64,000 nucleotides of DNA, taken from positions 64,001 to 128,000 of the forward strand of contig CAVYHV010000006.1 in NCBI GenBank assembly GCA_963768425.1. The letters are read 5' to 3'. The notes below the pieces were generated by a model. That model made no database searches, had not been told where the DNA came from, and worked only from the letters and a program-made list of their open reading frames with translations. This DNA is from Candidatus Bathyarchaeota archaeon (GTDB lineage: Archaea; Thermoproteota; Bathyarchaeia; Bathyarchaeales; Bathycorpusculaceae). Below are positions 32,131 through 41,509 of the stretch, one piece after another. Positions within the stretch are counted from its first letter, which is position 1. Every line of letters begins with the position of its first letter. Made by a program: the position numbers and the translations under genes.

Positions 32131-33112
32131 GAACAAGTTAAAAATAGCCTTCTACTGGGCTGCAAGTTGCGGAGGCTGCGAAATAGCGGTCTTAGACATA
32201 AACGAGAAAATCCTTGATGTAGTACAAATCGCCGACGTTGTTTTTTGGCCGGTAGCCTTAGACATCAAGTACAAAGATGTTGAAGCCATGGCTGACAAAT
32301 ACATAGACATAACATTCTTCAACGGCTCAATACGCAACTCAGAACAAGAGCACATGGCTAAACTTCTCAGACAAAAATCCAAAACTCTCGTTGCTTTCGG
32401 GTCATGCGCCCACCAGGGAAGCGTGCCCGGATTGGCAAACTTGAATGACAAGAAAGAAATTTTCGAGCAAGTTTACGTAAAAGACAAGTCAAACGTGAAC
32501 CCGGAACACGCCATGCCCAAAACTCAAACCCAAGTCAAAGAAGGCACTCTTAGAATCCCAGAGTTCTATGACACGGTAAAAACTTTGGCGCAAACAGTCG
32601 ACGTTGACTATTACCTGCCTGGTTGTCCACCTCCCGTTAAACTAATCGCGGGTGCGATTGACGCCATAGCAAGCGGCAAGCTCCCTCCAAAGGGTTCCGT
32701 TCTTGCCCCGCTTAAAGCAGTATGTGACGAATGCCCAAGAAAACGAGAAAACAAGAAAATCGGTAAACTCTATCGCGTCTACGAGAAAATCCCCGAGCCA
32801 GAAAAATGCTTGCTTGAACAAGGCATCATCTGTATGGGACTTGCAACTAGAAGCGGCTGCGGTGCACAATGCTTGAACGTTGATATGCCTTGTACAGGCT
32901 GCGGCGGACCAGCTCCAAATGTGCCAGAGCAAGGTGCAGCAATGATTTCTGCTTTAGCTTCTATTCTCGGGTATGACGGTGAACCAGGGAAAACTAAATA
33001 CACCGAAAAAGAGATAGAAGAGTTGTTAAGCCAAGTGAAAGATACCGTTGGCACATTTTACATGTACAGTTTGCCAGCGTCAATCTTGAGAAGAAAGGTG
33101 ATTAAGAAATGA
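32123..33112 (+). CDS. mvhG: Group 3c F420-non-reducing hydrogenase small subunit
   Basis: WAASCGGCE, FGSCA, PGCPP, VCDECPR, CLLEQG..CMG.ATRSGC, PCTGCGGP. Confidence 0.92.
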   Translation: MSKNKLKIAFYWAASCGGCEIAVLDINEKILDVVQIADVVFWPVALDIKYKDVEAMADKYIDITFFNGSIRNSEQEHMAKLLRQKSKTLVAFGSCAHQGSVPGLANLNDKKEIFEQVYVKDKSNVNPEHAMPKTQTQVKEGTLRIPEFYDTVKTLAQTVDVDYYLPGCPPPVKLIAGAIDAIASGKLPPKGSVLAPLKAVCDECPRKRENKKIGKLYRVYEKIPEPEKCLLEQGIICMGLATRSGCGAQCLNVDMPCTGCGGPAPNVPEQGAAMISALASILGYDGEPGKTKYTEKEIEELLSQVKDTVGTFYMYSLPASILRRKVIKK

Positions 33113-34563
33113 AAGAATTAGTTATAGACCCTATAACACGTCTTGAAGGACATGGAAACGTATCCATATTCCTTAACGACAATGGCGAAGTTGAAAACGC
33201 ATACCTCAAAGTTCCAGAACTGAGAGGTTTTGAGAAATTCTGCATAGGCAGAAAAGCTGAGCTTATGCCGCAGTTAACCACAAGAATTTGCGGTGTTTGT
33301 CCAGTTGCACACCACTTTGCAGCAGTTAAAGCCTTAGATGTCGCATTCCATGTTGAACCAACGTCTGCAGCAAAGAAACTTCGGGAACTGATGTATAGTG
33401 CGTACTACATCTACGACCATACCCTCCACTTCTATTATCTCGGGGGTCCGGACTTTATAGTTGGACCAGATGCACCGCCGGAAAAACGCAACATCCTCGG
33501 CGTCATCGAAAAAGTCGGAATGCCAATCGCGAAGGAAGTCATAAAACACAGAGCCTTTGGTCAAAAAATCACTGAAATCATCGGTGGAAAAGCAACTCAC
33601 CCGGTATGTGGTCTACCAGGCGGAATCAGCAAGCCTCTAAGCGAAGAAAACAGGCAACAAATCGAAACGATGGCAGCTTCCTGCGTTGACTTTGCTCAGT
33701 TTACGCTCAAAATCTTCCATGACATTGTACTTGGGAACACCCAATACGTTGAGTTAATCAAGAGTCAAGCTTACACTATGCCAACCTACTACATGGGCAC
33801 GGTCGATGATAAAAACAAAGTCAACTTTTATGACGGCAAAATCCGCGTTGTCGACCCATCAGGAAAAGAATTCCTTAAATTCGAATCCCAAGACTACCTT
33901 AAACACATCGCCGAACACGTTGAAGAATGGACCTACAGCAAATTTCCATACCTCAAAGCAGTCGGCTGGAAAGGACAAGTTTCAGGAAAAGACAGCGGAG
34001 TCTACCGCGTTGGTCCACTGGGACGATTAAACGCTTCAGACGGCATGGCAACACCACTGGCTCAGGCAGAATACGAAGTAATGTATAAAACACTAGGTGG
34101 CAAACCGGTCCACAGCACCTTAGCTTTCCACTGGGCGCGCTTAATTGAATTGCTCTATGCAACTGAGCGAACAATGGAACTCGTGAAAGACCCCGAAATC
34201 ACCAGCACAAACGTCCGCAACAAACCAGGAGAACCAGGCGAAGGAGTAGGTATAGTGGAGGCAGCAAGAGGCACACTAATCCACCACTACGTCTTAGACA
34301 AAGACGCGCTCGTGAAAGACGTAAACCTCATTGTCGCGACAACCAATAATTACCCAGCGATCTGCATGAGTATACGCGACGCAGCAAAAGGTTTAATCCA
34401 CGAAGGCAAAGTCGACCAAGGCATACTGAACAAGGTTGAAATGGCTTTCAGAGCTTACGACCCATGCTTCGGATGCGCAACACACGCCGCAGTAGGACAA
34501 ATGCCGCTTACCGTAGAACTCTACAACGCCGACAAACAGCTAATTGACTCTGTCAGCCGCTAA
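33109..34563 (+). CDS. mvhA: Group 3c [NiFe]-hydrogenase large subunit
   Basis: DPITRLEGHG, RICGVCPVAHH, EAARGTL.HHY, RAYDPCFGCATH. Confidence 0.93.
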   Translation: MKELVIDPITRLEGHGNVSIFLNDNGEVENAYLKVPELRGFEKFCIGRKAELMPQLTTRICGVCPVAHHFAAVKALDVAFHVEPTSAAKKLRELMYSAYYIYDHTLHFYYLGGPDFIVGPDAPPEKRNILGVIEKVGMPIAKEVIKHRAFGQKITEIIGGKATHPVCGLPGGISKPLSEENRQQIETMAASCVDFAQFTLKIFHDIVLGNTQYVELIKSQAYTMPTYYMGTVDDKNKVNFYDGKIRVVDPSGKEFLKFESQDYLKHIAEHVEEWTYSKFPYLKAVGWKGQVSGKDSGVYRVGPLGRLNASDGMATPLAQAEYEVMYKTLGGKPVHSTLAFHWARLIELLYATERTMELVKDPEITSTNVRNKPGEPGEGVGIVEAARGTLIHHYVLDKDALVKDVNLIVATTNNYPAICMSIRDAAKGLIHEGKVDQGILNKVEMAFRAYDPCFGCATHAAVGQMPLTVELYNADKQLIDSVSR

Positions 34564-34714
34564 GTTATACCCATTTTCTTAAGGGCAACTTTTTATTTTC
34601 TTTTGCCCAGTTCTTTCCATATTATTCGCTTGCCAGTGAATTCTTCTGATGTCCCGAACATGTTAGGGTAAACGCTTATGTGCATTGTTGGCGCCTACTT
34701 TAACTTGATTCAAA

Positions 34715-35074
34715 ATGCAGCGGCAACCGCCTAACCCAGAACACAAAAGAATGAAGCGTGAAAAGAAAACCATAGGCTACATGGTTGACATTTACTGCAA
34801 GAATCACCATGGAACCCATGGCGTGCTCTGCCCCGAATGCACGCAGTTCAAAGAATATGCTTTTCTGCGGCTTGATAAGTGCCCATTTCAAGACAAAAAA
34901 AGCACGTGCGGCAAATGCCTCATCCACTGCTACCAACCAGATATGAAAGAAAAAGTCAAAACGGTCATGCGTTACTCGGGACCCAGAATGCTCTTGCACC
35001 ACCCAACGCTTGCTCTGCATCATGCGTGGGACAGCCACCGAAAACCGCCCAAATTGGCGAAGAAAGTTAACTGA
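34715..35074 (+). CDS. YgbA-family (nitrous-oxide-stimulated promoter) Cys-rich protein
   Basis: REKKTI..M..IYC..HH..LC..C, RLDKCPF..K..C..C..HCY, VMRYSGPRML.HHP. Confidence 0.88.
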   Translation: MQRQPPNPEHKRMKREKKTIGYMVDIYCKNHHGTHGVLCPECTQFKEYAFLRLDKCPFQDKKSTCGKCLIHCYQPDMKEKVKTVMRYSGPRMLLHHPTLALHHAWDSHRKPPKLAKKVN

Positions 35075-35131
35075 GCGAGCGGCAACGTTTTTCAAGCTTT
35101 ACGTCATTTCTTTTTTTGTGGAGGTGCTTCA

Positions 35132-35617
35132 ATGGCTTGTTTAATTGAAAAGGATCTCAAATCCTGGCTGGTTGATGCACAAAAGGTTGCGGTGGCTGGG
35201 ATCGGCAACCCTATCAGAACGGACGATTACGTCGGGTTAAAAATCGTGGAAAATCTCAAGGGCAAGCTTCCTCCAGCTGTTCTTCTTCTCGAGGCAGAAA
35301 CAGTTCCCGAGAGCTACTTCTCTGATATAGAGGAGTTTCATCCTTCGCATGTGTTACTGATTGATGCTGCCTATTTGGGATGTAAGCCTGGCGAAGCCCG
35401 CCTCGTCGATGCTGAAAAAATCGCAGGTTCCCCCGCAGTCACTACCCATCTGTTGCCTCTGCAAGTTTTTTGCGAGTATGTTAAGCAAGCTACTGGCGCA
35501 AAGATCGCCTTACTCTTGATTGAGCCGAAAAACATGGAGTTCGGTGAAGGTTTAACTGCTCCCGTACAAGCTGCGGCGGAGCGATTGACAAAGTTCCTGC
35601 TCAAGGCGCTTGGTTGA
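35132..35617 (+). CDS. hycI: Hydrogenase maturation endopeptidase (HycI-like)
   Basis: GIGNPIRTDDYVG, ETVPE, IDAA, TTHLLPL, FGEGLT. Confidence 0.88.
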   Translation: MACLIEKDLKSWLVDAQKVAVAGIGNPIRTDDYVGLKIVENLKGKLPPAVLLLEAETVPESYFSDIEEFHPSHVLLIDAAYLGCKPGEARLVDAEKIAGSPAVTTHLLPLQVFCEYVKQATGAKIALLLIEPKNMEFGEGLTAPVQAAAERLTKFLLKALG

Positions 35618-36083
35618 TCTCTTTTCTTTTAAAAACGTAGTTGATAGTGAATCTTTCTTGACCCAACGAGTAGCTTATTTCTTTTAGTTCAATCTGATCC
35701 TTTGTGACCCATTTAGCAGTTATGTATTCTTCAATTTCTTGATCTTCAAAAGTACCTCTCCATTTGAGTTCAAGGGTTTTGTCGTCTTTCCAATTGCCCA
35801 CGTGGTCGTGTGCTTCGCCTTCCGATGTGATGCCAAAAAGGTGAACTCTCTGGGTTACTTGGTCAAAACTCCATAAATCATTCTCGTAGTAGTCCTCGTA
35901 GCCTTCTATGTGGGTATCAATTTCGGAGTTTACACCAAAAGGAGAAATTGCCACAGCAGTCATTTCCCCACAGCCACTGGCAACTTTGCCATCAGCTGTC
36001 CGCAGAGCGATCCCTACACTCCATTCTCCGATCAACTGTTTAATTAGCTCTAACTCTTTAGGCGTCTGTACGCTTTCAGTCAT
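35601..36083 (-). CDS. Hypothetical beta-rich protein (DUF1579-like; probable ATG 36083)
   Basis: KELELIKQLIGEW start and alternating beta-strand pattern. Confidence 0.6.
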   Translation of the reverse strand: MTESVQTPKELELIKQLIGEWSVGIALRTADGKVASGCGEMTAVAISPFGVNSEIDTHIEGYEDYYENDLWSFDQVTQRVHLFGITSEGEAHDHVGNWKDDKTLELKWRGTFEDQEIEEYITAKWVTKDQIELKEISYSLGQERFTINYVFKRKEINQAP

Positions 36084-36201
36084 AAAACCAACAAGAAAAA
36101 AACAGTCCGCCACAAGTAATAAAGAGATGTGGTTGCTTCTGTGCAACAACTTCCGCCGAGCTATGTTAATTAGCTAGTTTCCAGTTAATTACAGCAGGTT
36201 T

Positions 36202-36687
36202 ATGGTTATGGCCGGAAAAGCAGTTATTGTCATGGGGTCAGAGCGGGATCTGGATTTTTCCCGTGGAATAGCCAAGTACCTCAAGATGCTGGGCGTCACC
36301 TACGAGTTTCGAGTTGCCTCTGCACACAAAACACCTGAAAAAGTGTTGGAGTTAATCAGGGAATTCGAAGCAGAAAAAGTAGTTTACATTACCGTTGCGG
36401 GTCGCTCCAACGCTCTAAGCGGCTTCATCGACGGCAACTCATCCAAACCAGTCATCGCGTGCCCACCATACTCTGAAACGTTCAGCGGAGCGGACATCTT
36501 TTCCTCGCTCAGGGTTCCAAGCGGTATAGGTTCCGTCGTTACAATTGAAGCGGAAGGTGCAGCCATCGCAGCAGCGAAAATTCTCGCTTTAGAAGACGCT
36601 GCCATAGCTGAAAACGTAAAGACTTACCAAACTTCAAAAAAGAAAGAACTTGAGAAAGCCAACGAATCGGTAAAGAAACTCAAGTAG
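36202..36687 (+). CDS. purE: PurE-family AIR carboxylase / N5-CAIR mutase
   Basis: MGSERD, VASAHKTP, AGRSNAL, PVIACPP, SSLRVPSG. Confidence 0.95.
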   Translation: MVMAGKAVIVMGSERDLDFSRGIAKYLKMLGVTYEFRVASAHKTPEKVLELIREFEAEKVVYITVAGRSNALSGFIDGNSSKPVIACPPYSETFSGADIFSSLRVPSGIGSVVTIEAEGAAIAAAKILALEDAAIAENVKTYQTSKKKELEKANESVKKLK

Positions 36688-36819
36688 TTGTCTTTTCCAT
36701 CATCACTTTGAGCTTGTATCCATTTTCTTGGCATTTCGTTTTGTTGGTTAACGCTAAGGTTAAATGTGTAAGCAATAAACGAATACGTATTAGAATCAAG
36801 ATAACTTGAGGAACAAGGA

Positions 36820-37872
36820 ATGGGAAGCGTAAAGGACCTTGAAGTAATCAAGAAACCAAGCGACGACGCTATGGGCGTTGGCAGATTCCACTTTTCGGAT
36901 CGCTACAGCGTCTTTGACTGGGGAGAAATGCCCGATCATATAGGCGGCAAAGGATCGGCTCTCTGTCTTATGGGAGCTTACTGCTTTGAGCAGTTAGAGC
37001 GTAAAGGTGTGAAATCCCACTACCACGGCTTAATCGGTACAAACGGCAAACCCGTCAAATTAAAAGAAGTAAAACAACCCTCAAACATCATGGAAGTTAG
37101 CTTAGTCAACGTGTACGAGCCCAAAACCAGTGTCGTCAACGGAAAACTCCTCCACGACTACAGCATGTACACTTCTAATCTGAAAAACTGCCTGATCCCG
37201 CTGGAAATCATTTACCGAAACGGCCTACCTGAAGGCTCTTCAGTTTTCAAGAGGCTTGAACAGGGAAAAATTAAACCCGCAGATCTTGGATTAAACCATT
37301 ACCCCCAACCAGGCGAGCAATTTTCGAAACCCATCTTTGATGTTAGCACGAAACTGGAGGAAACAGATCGTTACTTAACTTGGCAGGAAGCCCAAAAAAT
37401 GGCTGGGTTAACCGAACAGGAACTTGAGAAGATTAAGGCGGTTCTTCTTGATGTGGATGAATCGATAAATGAACTGGCTTCGAAAGCCGGGCTACGAAAT
37501 GAAGATGGAAAAATCGAGTTAGCTTTCAACGACAACCGTGAGCTCATGATTGTAGACGTTGTAGGAACACTTGACGAGTGCCGTTTCACTTACGAGGGCG
37601 TTCATGTAAGCAAAGAGATTGCAAGACAATTCTACAAGAAGACAAGTTGGTATGCGGATTTGGAGCAAGCTAAGAAGGAGGCAGAAGCCAAAGGAATACC
37701 TGATTGGCAATCTCTGTGCAAGTCGCAACCGCCGAAGTTGCCGCCTAAACTTAAGACGATTATCAGTGAAATGTACATGGCAGCGGCAAACGAAATGACA
37801 GGACAAAAACTCTTTAACGCGCCTTTGCTTGCCCAGGTAATAGCCGAATACAGAGATTACACGAAGGAGTAA
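36820..37872 (+). CDS. purC: SAICAR synthase
   Basis: MGSVKD, FSDRYSVFDWG, IPLEIIYRN, STKLE, DGKIE, GTLDECRF, SKE.ARQ. Confidence 0.95.
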   Translation: MGSVKDLEVIKKPSDDAMGVGRFHFSDRYSVFDWGEMPDHIGGKGSALCLMGAYCFEQLERKGVKSHYHGLIGTNGKPVKLKEVKQPSNIMEVSLVNVYEPKTSVVNGKLLHDYSMYTSNLKNCLIPLEIIYRNGLPEGSSVFKRLEQGKIKPADLGLNHYPQPGEQFSKPIFDVSTKLEETDRYLTWQEAQKMAGLTEQELEKIKAVLLDVDESINELASKAGLRNEDGKIELAFNDNRELMIVDVVGTLDECRFTYEGVHVSKEIARQFYKKTSWYADLEQAKKEAEAKGIPDWQSLCKSQPPKLPPKLKTIISEMYMAAANEMTGQKLFNAPLLAQVIAEYRDYTKE

Positions 37873-37875
37873 AAA

Positions 37876-38973
37876 ATGCTAAGCGAAAACATTGACAAAG
37901 TAACAAAAAAATATGACTCCAAAAACATTCGTATAGGCGTTTTAGGTTCACATTCTGCGCTTGAAATTGCTTCAGGCGCAAAACAGGAAGGTTACGAAAC
38001 CGTTGTCGTCTGCCAGAAAGGCAGGGACAAAACCTACTCGAAGTATTACCGAAACATCTTCGACCACGTCATCACGCTTGACAAGTTCTCAGAAATAACA
38101 AATACTGCAACCGTGAAAGCGCTCACAGAGTTGAACACTGTTTTTGTTCCCAACCGCTCTTTCTCAGTCTATGCCGGTTACGAAGCCATTGAGAACCAGT
38201 TTGCCGTTCCCCTAATGGGTAACCGCTCGATGCTTCGAACTGAAGAACGCAACACCCCGCGAAACCAGCTTTACCTGCTGCAGAAAGCAGGAATAGCGAC
38301 ACCTAAAACCTTCAATTCACCAGAAGAAATCGACCGCTTAGTAATCGTAAAAGTTCCCGAAAAAGAACGCGCCATTGAAAGAGCCTTTTTCTTCGCTTCA
38401 TCCCGTGAGGAATACGTGAAAACATCGCAAAAACGCATAATGCAGGGAATAATAACATGTGAAGCGCTGGAACACGCAGTAATAGAAGAATACGTTATAG
38501 GGGCAAAGTTTAACGCTAACTTGTTTTGGTCACCATTAACCGATGAGATCGACCTTTTAGGCTTTGACAGACGCATTCAAACCGACCTTGACGGTGTCCT
38601 TGACTTGCCAGCGTTAGAACAGCTAGAGTTAAACATTCCAACTCAGAACATCGAAATTGGGCATATGGGCGCAACCATGCGGGAAAGCCAAATTGAGAAA
38701 GTTTTTGAAGCCGCAGAAAAATTCGTGGAAACCTGCAAGAAAGAATATCCACCTGGCATGGTTGGGTTATTTGCTTTGCAGGGCGCCGTGACAAAGGATT
38801 TGGAGTTCTACGTATTCGATGTCAGCCCGCGCGTTCCAGGTTGTCCATGCGTCGAACCAACTTCGCCATACATGAAGTACAAGTACGGCATGGAAGTGGG
38901 ACCCGGCAGACGGGTAGCAATGGAAATTAAGCGGGCGGTTAAGGAAGGCAGGCTTGAGGAAGTGGTCACGTGA
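37876..38973 (+). CDS. PurP-like ATP-grasp protein (formate-AICAR ligase family paralog)
   Basis: GSHSALE, VPNRSF, DRRIQTDLDG, IEIGH, RESQIE, DVSPRVPG, GRRVAMEI. Confidence 0.9.
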   Translation: MLSENIDKVTKKYDSKNIRIGVLGSHSALEIASGAKQEGYETVVVCQKGRDKTYSKYYRNIFDHVITLDKFSEITNTATVKALTELNTVFVPNRSFSVYAGYEAIENQFAVPLMGNRSMLRTEERNTPRNQLYLLQKAGIATPKTFNSPEEIDRLVIVKVPEKERAIERAFFFASSREEYVKTSQKRIMQGIITCEALEHAVIEEYVIGAKFNANLFWSPLTDEIDLLGFDRRIQTDLDGVLDLPALEQLELNIPTQNIEIGHMGATMRESQIEKVFEAAEKFVETCKKEYPPGMVGLFALQGAVTKDLEFYVFDVSPRVPGCPCVEPTSPYMKYKYGMEVGPGRRVAMEIKRAVKEGRLEEVVT

Positions 38974-40055
38974 TAACCTGCGCTGATATAGGCAAAATCC
39001 TGCAGAAATACGACCCGAAAAAACTCGCCATCGGGACATTGGGCTCGCATAGTTCGCTTAACATTTTCAAAGGCGCCAAAGAAGAAGGCTTCCGCACAGT
39101 TTGTATATGCAAAGAAAAAGACGCAATAATGTACAGAAAATACCCGCTTGCCGACGAAATAATCATTGTCAAAGACTTCACCGAGCTCCTAAATGAACAA
39201 CTGCAAGAGAAACTCCGCAGCCTAAACGTCATCCTAATTCCACATGGTTCATTCACTGCTTATCTTAGCACCGAAGAATTAACAAACAGCCTAAACGTGC
39301 CCATGTTTGGAAACCGACAGCTGCTCCATTGGGAAGCCAACCGCAAATCCCAAGAAGAATGGCTGCGCCAGGCGGGGCTGCTTTTGCCTGCTACATTCAA
39401 AACGCCCGAGGACATCGACCGATTAGTCATCGTCAAGCTGCCAGGCGCCAAAGGCGGAAGAGGATACTTTTTGGCGAATTCACCTAAAGCGTTCCACAAA
39501 AAATTCACCGAACTCATTAAACGCGGCTTACTCAAAGAAGAAGACTTGGCCGCAATTCACCTGCAAGAGTACGCGCTCGGCGTTAACGTTTACCCAAGCT
39601 ACTTCAGCTCCATCATAAACGACGAAGTTGAACTGCTTGCGATGGATAGACGCTACGAGTCGGCTGTGGACTCTATCGGCAAAATTCCCGCCAGTGAACA
39701 ACTCGAAATAGACGTGAACCCAACATACACTATTGTCGGAAACTTCCCCATAGTGCTCCGCGAATCTCTGCTGCCTGAAATCATGCGAATGGGCGACAAC
39801 GTCCACAAAAAAGCCAAAGAACTTGCTCCGCCGGGAATCATAGGCCCATTCTGCTTGGAATGCGTGGTGACTGATGACTTGCGAATTTTCACTTTCGAAA
39901 TCTCGGCTCGCATAGTTGCCGGAACAAACGTCGGCATAGGCACCTCACCATACGCTTACCTCAAGTATGGAGAAAACATGTACATGGGCCGACGCATAGC
40001 AGTAGAAATCAAAGAAGCAAAGGCGCAGAACAGGCTGCCCGACATTTTAGGTTAG
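38970..40055 (+). CDS. purP: FAICAR synthase (formate-AICAR ligase)
   Basis: GSHSSL, IPHGSF, GAKGGRGYF, DRRYES, LRESLL, FEISARIVAGTN, GRRIA.EI. Confidence 0.93.
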   Translation: MITCADIGKILQKYDPKKLAIGTLGSHSSLNIFKGAKEEGFRTVCICKEKDAIMYRKYPLADEIIIVKDFTELLNEQLQEKLRSLNVILIPHGSFTAYLSTEELTNSLNVPMFGNRQLLHWEANRKSQEEWLRQAGLLLPATFKTPEDIDRLVIVKLPGAKGGRGYFLANSPKAFHKKFTELIKRGLLKEEDLAAIHLQEYALGVNVYPSYFSSIINDEVELLAMDRRYESAVDSIGKIPASEQLEIDVNPTYTIVGNFPIVLRESLLPEIMRMGDNVHKKAKELAPPGIIGPFCLECVVTDDLRIFTFEISARIVAGTNVGIGTSPYAYLKYGENMYMGRRIAVEIKEAKAQNRLPDILG

Positions 40056-40283
40056 CTGTACGCCCAGAAAACTGTTATTCCTACGTCTTTAAAATTTGGA
40101 AAAAGAAGAAAAATACTCCTCAAACAACAACCCAACGTTAAGAGCCCCTTAGACCTTCAGACCCGAGTTAAAACAATTGTTCAACAACAACATCAACAAC
40201 AACATTAACCGAGTTTTGAGAAACCGCTCTCTACCTTGATTAAAGAACGCTGCAACAACTGGCAAGGAAAAACTAAGAATGGT

Positions 40284-41054
40284 TTACTTAGAAAGGCAAA
40301 CTTCAAGCAAACCTTCAAAGTTCTCTCGGGTTCTGTTGTTCTTGTAAGTCTTCAACACGTCTATCAAATTCAATCTTTCCTTTTCCCCAAAAATTTTAGC
40401 CAAAATCTTTGAGGCGGAACTATTACCCGCAAAAAGGTACTGGCACACTGCAGTGACGTTTGCAACTCTTCGTTCGACGCTGGCGGTTTCAAAATCAACG
40501 ATAAACGGTTTCTGAGCTTTGTCGACGAGCAAATGCTTCGGTGCCTTGCTAAGTTCACCGTGGTCCAACCCCGCTTGATCCAGTCTGAAGCACTGTTCCA
40601 AAACTTCCCCCAAAACCTGCTTCACCGTTGCCGCATGCTTGTTCGTCTCTAACCAATCAGTAATCAACCCGCCGTCAATGAGCTGCATAAGAAGAAAGTT
40701 TTTGCTTGCTGCTACCAATTTAGGACCCACGCCAGCAGAGTTCGCTACTGACAGCATTCGCGCTTCATGAAGCAGGTCCCCTCGGTCGGCGTCTGTCCTT
40801 CGGATCTTAAGGGCAACTCTCACCCCGTTCAGGGGCGCGACCACCACGACACCGACAAAACCCTTACCCAACACTGGAACCCTAACCCCGAAGAGGCTTG
40901 CTGAACCCGAAAACTCAAGAGCCGACACGCCAAGTCTGCCCAATTCTGCTAGGCGACTTTGCAGTTCTGGTTCACTGGGATTTGGGAAGCACAGGACCGA
41001 AGCGTAGGGCTCTTGGATCAGCTGGTCCAAGGGGACTATCGTTGAGCTTTTCAA
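40284..41054 (-). CDS. RIO-like archaeal Ser/Thr protein kinase
   Basis: LGKGFVGVV, ALKIRR, DHGELS..KH, IVDFETAS. Confidence 0.85.
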   Translation of the reverse strand: MKSSTIVPLDQLIQEPYASVLCFPNPSEPELQSRLAELGRLGVSALEFSGSASLFGVRVPVLGKGFVGVVVVAPLNGVRVALKIRRTDADRGDLLHEARMLSVANSAGVGPKLVAASKNFLLMQLIDGGLITDWLETNKHAATVKQVLGEVLEQCFRLDQAGLDHGELSKAPKHLLVDKAQKPFIVDFETASVERRVANVTAVCQYLFAGNSSASKILAKIFGEKERLNLIDVLKTYKNNRTRENFEGLLEVCLSK

Positions 41055-41204
41055 TATCGTCTTTCCTTCTAGGATGAGAATATCAGCGTCGGCAAGATTA
41101 TAAATTTAGTATTATGCATTGGGAACAATCCTCGATTCTAAACCTTGGTATTTCCACACTTTCTGAAGATATTGTGCGAATGCACTATAAGCCACGAAGC
41201 ATGT

Positions 41205-41411
41205 ATGGCTGGAATGGAGCCTAATACCCAGAGAAGCCAAGTCAAACCGGGCATCCGCGTAAAAATCGTTTTGAAGCAAGACCAGCGAAGCGGCAAATTA
41301 ACCGAAGGAATCGTCAAAAACATCCTTACCAACAGCTCAACCCATCCCCACGGAATCAAAGTGCGGCTAACCGACGGCAAAGTCGGCAGAGTACAAACAA
41401 TCATGAAATAA
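41205..41411 (+). CDS. YwbE-family (DUF2196) protein
   Basis: IVLKQDQRSGKLTEG.VK.ILTNS..HPHGIKVRL.DG.VGRVQ. Confidence 0.9.
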   Translation: MAGMEPNTQRSQVKPGIRVKIVLKQDQRSGKLTEGIVKNILTNSSTHPHGIKVRLTDGKVGRVQTIMK

Positions 41412-41509
41412 GCCTAATTCTCATTTACAGAATACCGCTGTTATGGAAAAGAGGGAAATTATAAATTTAATAGGGCGACAACAATATTGGGATTCTGTTT
41501 GGTTTAGCT

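Noticed and set aside
21337-34563. Selenocysteine-containing (NiFeSe) hydrogenases
   Set aside because: All Ni-ligand positions are Cys in continuous frames; no in-frame TGA is required.
37876-40055. Tandem purP paralogs as a novelty
   Set aside because: Paired PurP and PurP-like genes are an established feature of many archaea.
40182-40205. CAACAACAACAT x2 microrepeat
   Set aside because: Short low-complexity repeat in a convergent intergenic gap with no supported ORF or structure.
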